DNA of 64,000 nucleotides from an uncultured archaeon (lineage in GTDB: Archaea; Thermoproteota; Bathyarchaeia; Bathyarchaeales; Bathycorpusculaceae): the NCBI GenBank assembly GCA_938023865.1, contig CALJDG010000019.1, positions 852 to 64,851 of the forward strand, read 5' to 3'. Position 1 is the stretch's first letter. The number at the start of each line of letters is the position of its first letter. Below the pieces are notes generated by a model, which saw nothing but the letters and a program-made list of their open reading frames with translations, did not search any database and had not been told where the DNA came from. The position numbers and the translations under genes were made by a program. Below are positions 62,663 through 64,000 of the stretch, piece by piece.

Positions 62663-63331
62663 TTGGAAAAGAAAAGTTATGCATGGTTTGAGAGGCGGAG
62701 AAGGACAAAGGCTCTGGATTTAGCCCAAGAACAGATTACAAAGGCTTTGGACACTGTAACGCTTCTTCATTATGCCATGAAGAAGATGGCTGAAGGCAAC
62801 AGGAAGGAAGCCATGCAGCACATCGAAAACATTTTTAATGTTGAGAAGGAGGTTGACAGGCTTCGAACAGAAGTCTTTAAGGAACTCTCCAAGGGCGTAG
62901 CTCTTTTTGCAGATTACCGCGAAGACTTAATGCACCTCGTAAAGAGACTTGATACGCTTGCCGACCACGTGAAGGACGCGGCAAGATGCATTAAAATGCT
63001 TGAAGCTGCTAAGATTCCAAAGGATCTTTGGGAGAATACAACCAATACAACATCGTTTCTAGTGGAGTGCGCCCATGCCTTAAGGGGAAGCATCGAGAAA
63101 ATCGCCGTGGATTCTTCTGCAGCTATAGGCGGAGCGAAAAAGGTTGAGGAGATTGAAAGGAAAATTGACGATGAATATCTTAAAACCAAAGCCTTATTCG
63201 TTAAATATGGAGGGCAGATAGACAGCGGCTCGATGGTCATTTTCGATGACCTTGTGGAGTTTATTGAGCATGCTGCGGACATGTGCGCTGACACAGCAGA
63301 TTATATAGTTATACTTGCAAGCAGGGAATAA
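62663..63331 (+). CDS. DUF47/TIGR00153-type (PhoU-like) helical protein
   Basis: 222 aa, all-helical. VEKEVDRLRTEV and LDTLADHVKDAA segments are typical of DUF47. TTG start. Confidence 0.65.
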   Translation: MEKKSYAWFERRRRTKALDLAQEQITKALDTVTLLHYAMKKMAEGNRKEAMQHIENIFNVEKEVDRLRTEVFKELSKGVALFADYREDLMHLVKRLDTLADHVKDAARCIKMLEAAKIPKDLWENTTNTTSFLVECAHALRGSIEKIAVDSSAAIGGAKKVEEIERKIDDEYLKTKALFVKYGGQIDSGSMVIFDDLVEFIEHAADMCADTADYIVILASRE

Positions 63332-63340
63332 CCAAGCAGC

Positions 63341-63619
63341 CTATTTTGTTTTCTCTTTTGATATTAAATTGCCTAGAGCGTAGGCTGCAGCTGAAACTAT
63401 AGTTAGGCCGAAGAGACCCGCTGCCAATGTTGATAGGTATGGGTTTTCAATTGCTGGGAGATTGTAGTCTGGCATTAGCCCATTCCAGAATGGTTCTGCC
63501 TCTTCTACTTTCAGGGTTTCAGCCACTGTTTCTAGGCCGTCTGGATAAGATGAGGCGAAGGGTATTAGGATTGCAAGTCCGACAGTTATTAGGATTAATG
63601 CTTTGATGTAGCATTTCAA
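63341..63619 (-). CDS. PDGLE-domain membrane protein (CbiN-like partner of CbiM/NikM)
   Basis: Contains the literal YPDGLE motif between two terminal TM helices. It overlaps the upstream CbiM-like gene by 4 nt. Confidence 0.75.
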   Translation of the reverse strand: MKCYIKALILITVGLAILIPFASSYPDGLETVAETLKVEEAEPFWNGLMPDYNLPAIENPYLSTLAAGLFGLTIVSAAAYALGNLISKEKTK

Positions 63620-64000
63620 ATGGCTTCCCTCTTTAGGAAAGCTAACCCATTCAATATTGTGGGTTGCATTCGGTATAGTTGTGTTATGGCTGTTGTTGTT
63701 ATTGCTGCTTCACCAATGCCTATTAGGATGTGCCAAAAGAGCATGGCTGGGACTGTTACGGTTATTCCGCCAGCTTCTGTGAAGGCTGATGAAAAGCCTA
63801 TCTGCAAGCCGCATGCCAAGGCTCCAAGAACAACTGATAGCCATGAAGCCGTGAATACGCCGATGAAGAAGCGCTGGCCTTTAGTTGATTTTCCAGCTAT
63901 GAGTCTAACTATGAAGAAGCTTATGCCGCCTATAACCGCCATATTAAAGATGTTTGCTCCTAGGGCCAAAATTCCTCCGTCTGCAAATAACAGTGCCTGC
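63616..64000 (-). CDS. cbiM: CbiM/NikM-type ECF metal transporter component, N-terminus outside the window
   Basis: ALGANIFNMAVIGG and IGIGEAAIT helices are typical of CbiM. The frame stays open to the right-hand edge (upstream residues ALLFADGGIL). Confidence 0.75.
   Translation of the reverse strand, partial: QALLFADGGILALGANIFNMAVIGGISFFIVRLIAGKSTKGQRFFIGVFTASWLSVVLGALACGLQIGFSSAFTEAGGITVTVPAMLFWHILIGIGEAAITTTAITQLYRMQPTILNGLAFLKREAI

Noticed and set aside
1-64000. Search by eye for CRISPR repeats, tRNA/rRNA genes, transposases, integrases, toxin-antitoxin or known defence genes.
   Set aside because: No regularly spaced direct repeats were found. No GC-rich cloverleaf-sized segment lies in any intergenic spacer (all are AT-rich and mostly under 150 nt). 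No recombinase or transposase-like ORF was seen. tRNAscan, Infernal and minCED would be needed to exclude them formally.

Overview
This is a densely coding archaeal chromosomal segment of moderate GC (both judged by eye). Archaeal markers are a thermosome, an HMf-type histone, RpoK, proteasome beta, ribosomal proteins eS25/eS17/eS1/uS15, separate Kae1 and Bud32 genes with Pcc1, FAU-1 and NMN adenylyltransferase. The anaerobic content (two 2-oxoacid:ferredoxin oxidoreductase clusters, tungsten-type AOR, HdrA-MvhD, a CofE-like F420 ligase) suggests a peptide- or amino-acid-fermenting archaeon, possibly TACK or Bathyarchaeia-like. That lineage guess cannot be verified here. I saw no rRNA, tRNA, CRISPR array, transposase, integrase or recognisable defence island, so this is core or housekeeping DNA rather than an accessory island. 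The most interesting signals: (1) a tightly packed six-gene operon (51761-58441) joining a four-subunit OFOR to an HdrA-MvhD fusion and a GltD/NfnB-like NAD(P)H module with an HdrC-like Fe-S head, with no HdrBC; this may be an undescribed electron-bifurcating or confurcating oxoacid oxidoreductase. (2) A TrpB2 gene followed after 21 nt by a ParB/Srx-fold gene and preceded divergently by an ACT-domain regulator. This fits a serine kinase to O-phosphoserine-dependent tryptophan synthase module. (3) A heavily decayed pseudogene at 38.2-38.8 kb. (4) Two conserved genes (rpoK and a VOC gene) whose conserved N-termini lack any ATG/GTG/TTG start, against a background of frequent TTG starts. (5) A P-type ATPase with a 140-aa C-terminal extension. 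(6) Several perfect palindromes in promoter regions. All functional calls rest on motif recognition by eye, not database searches.
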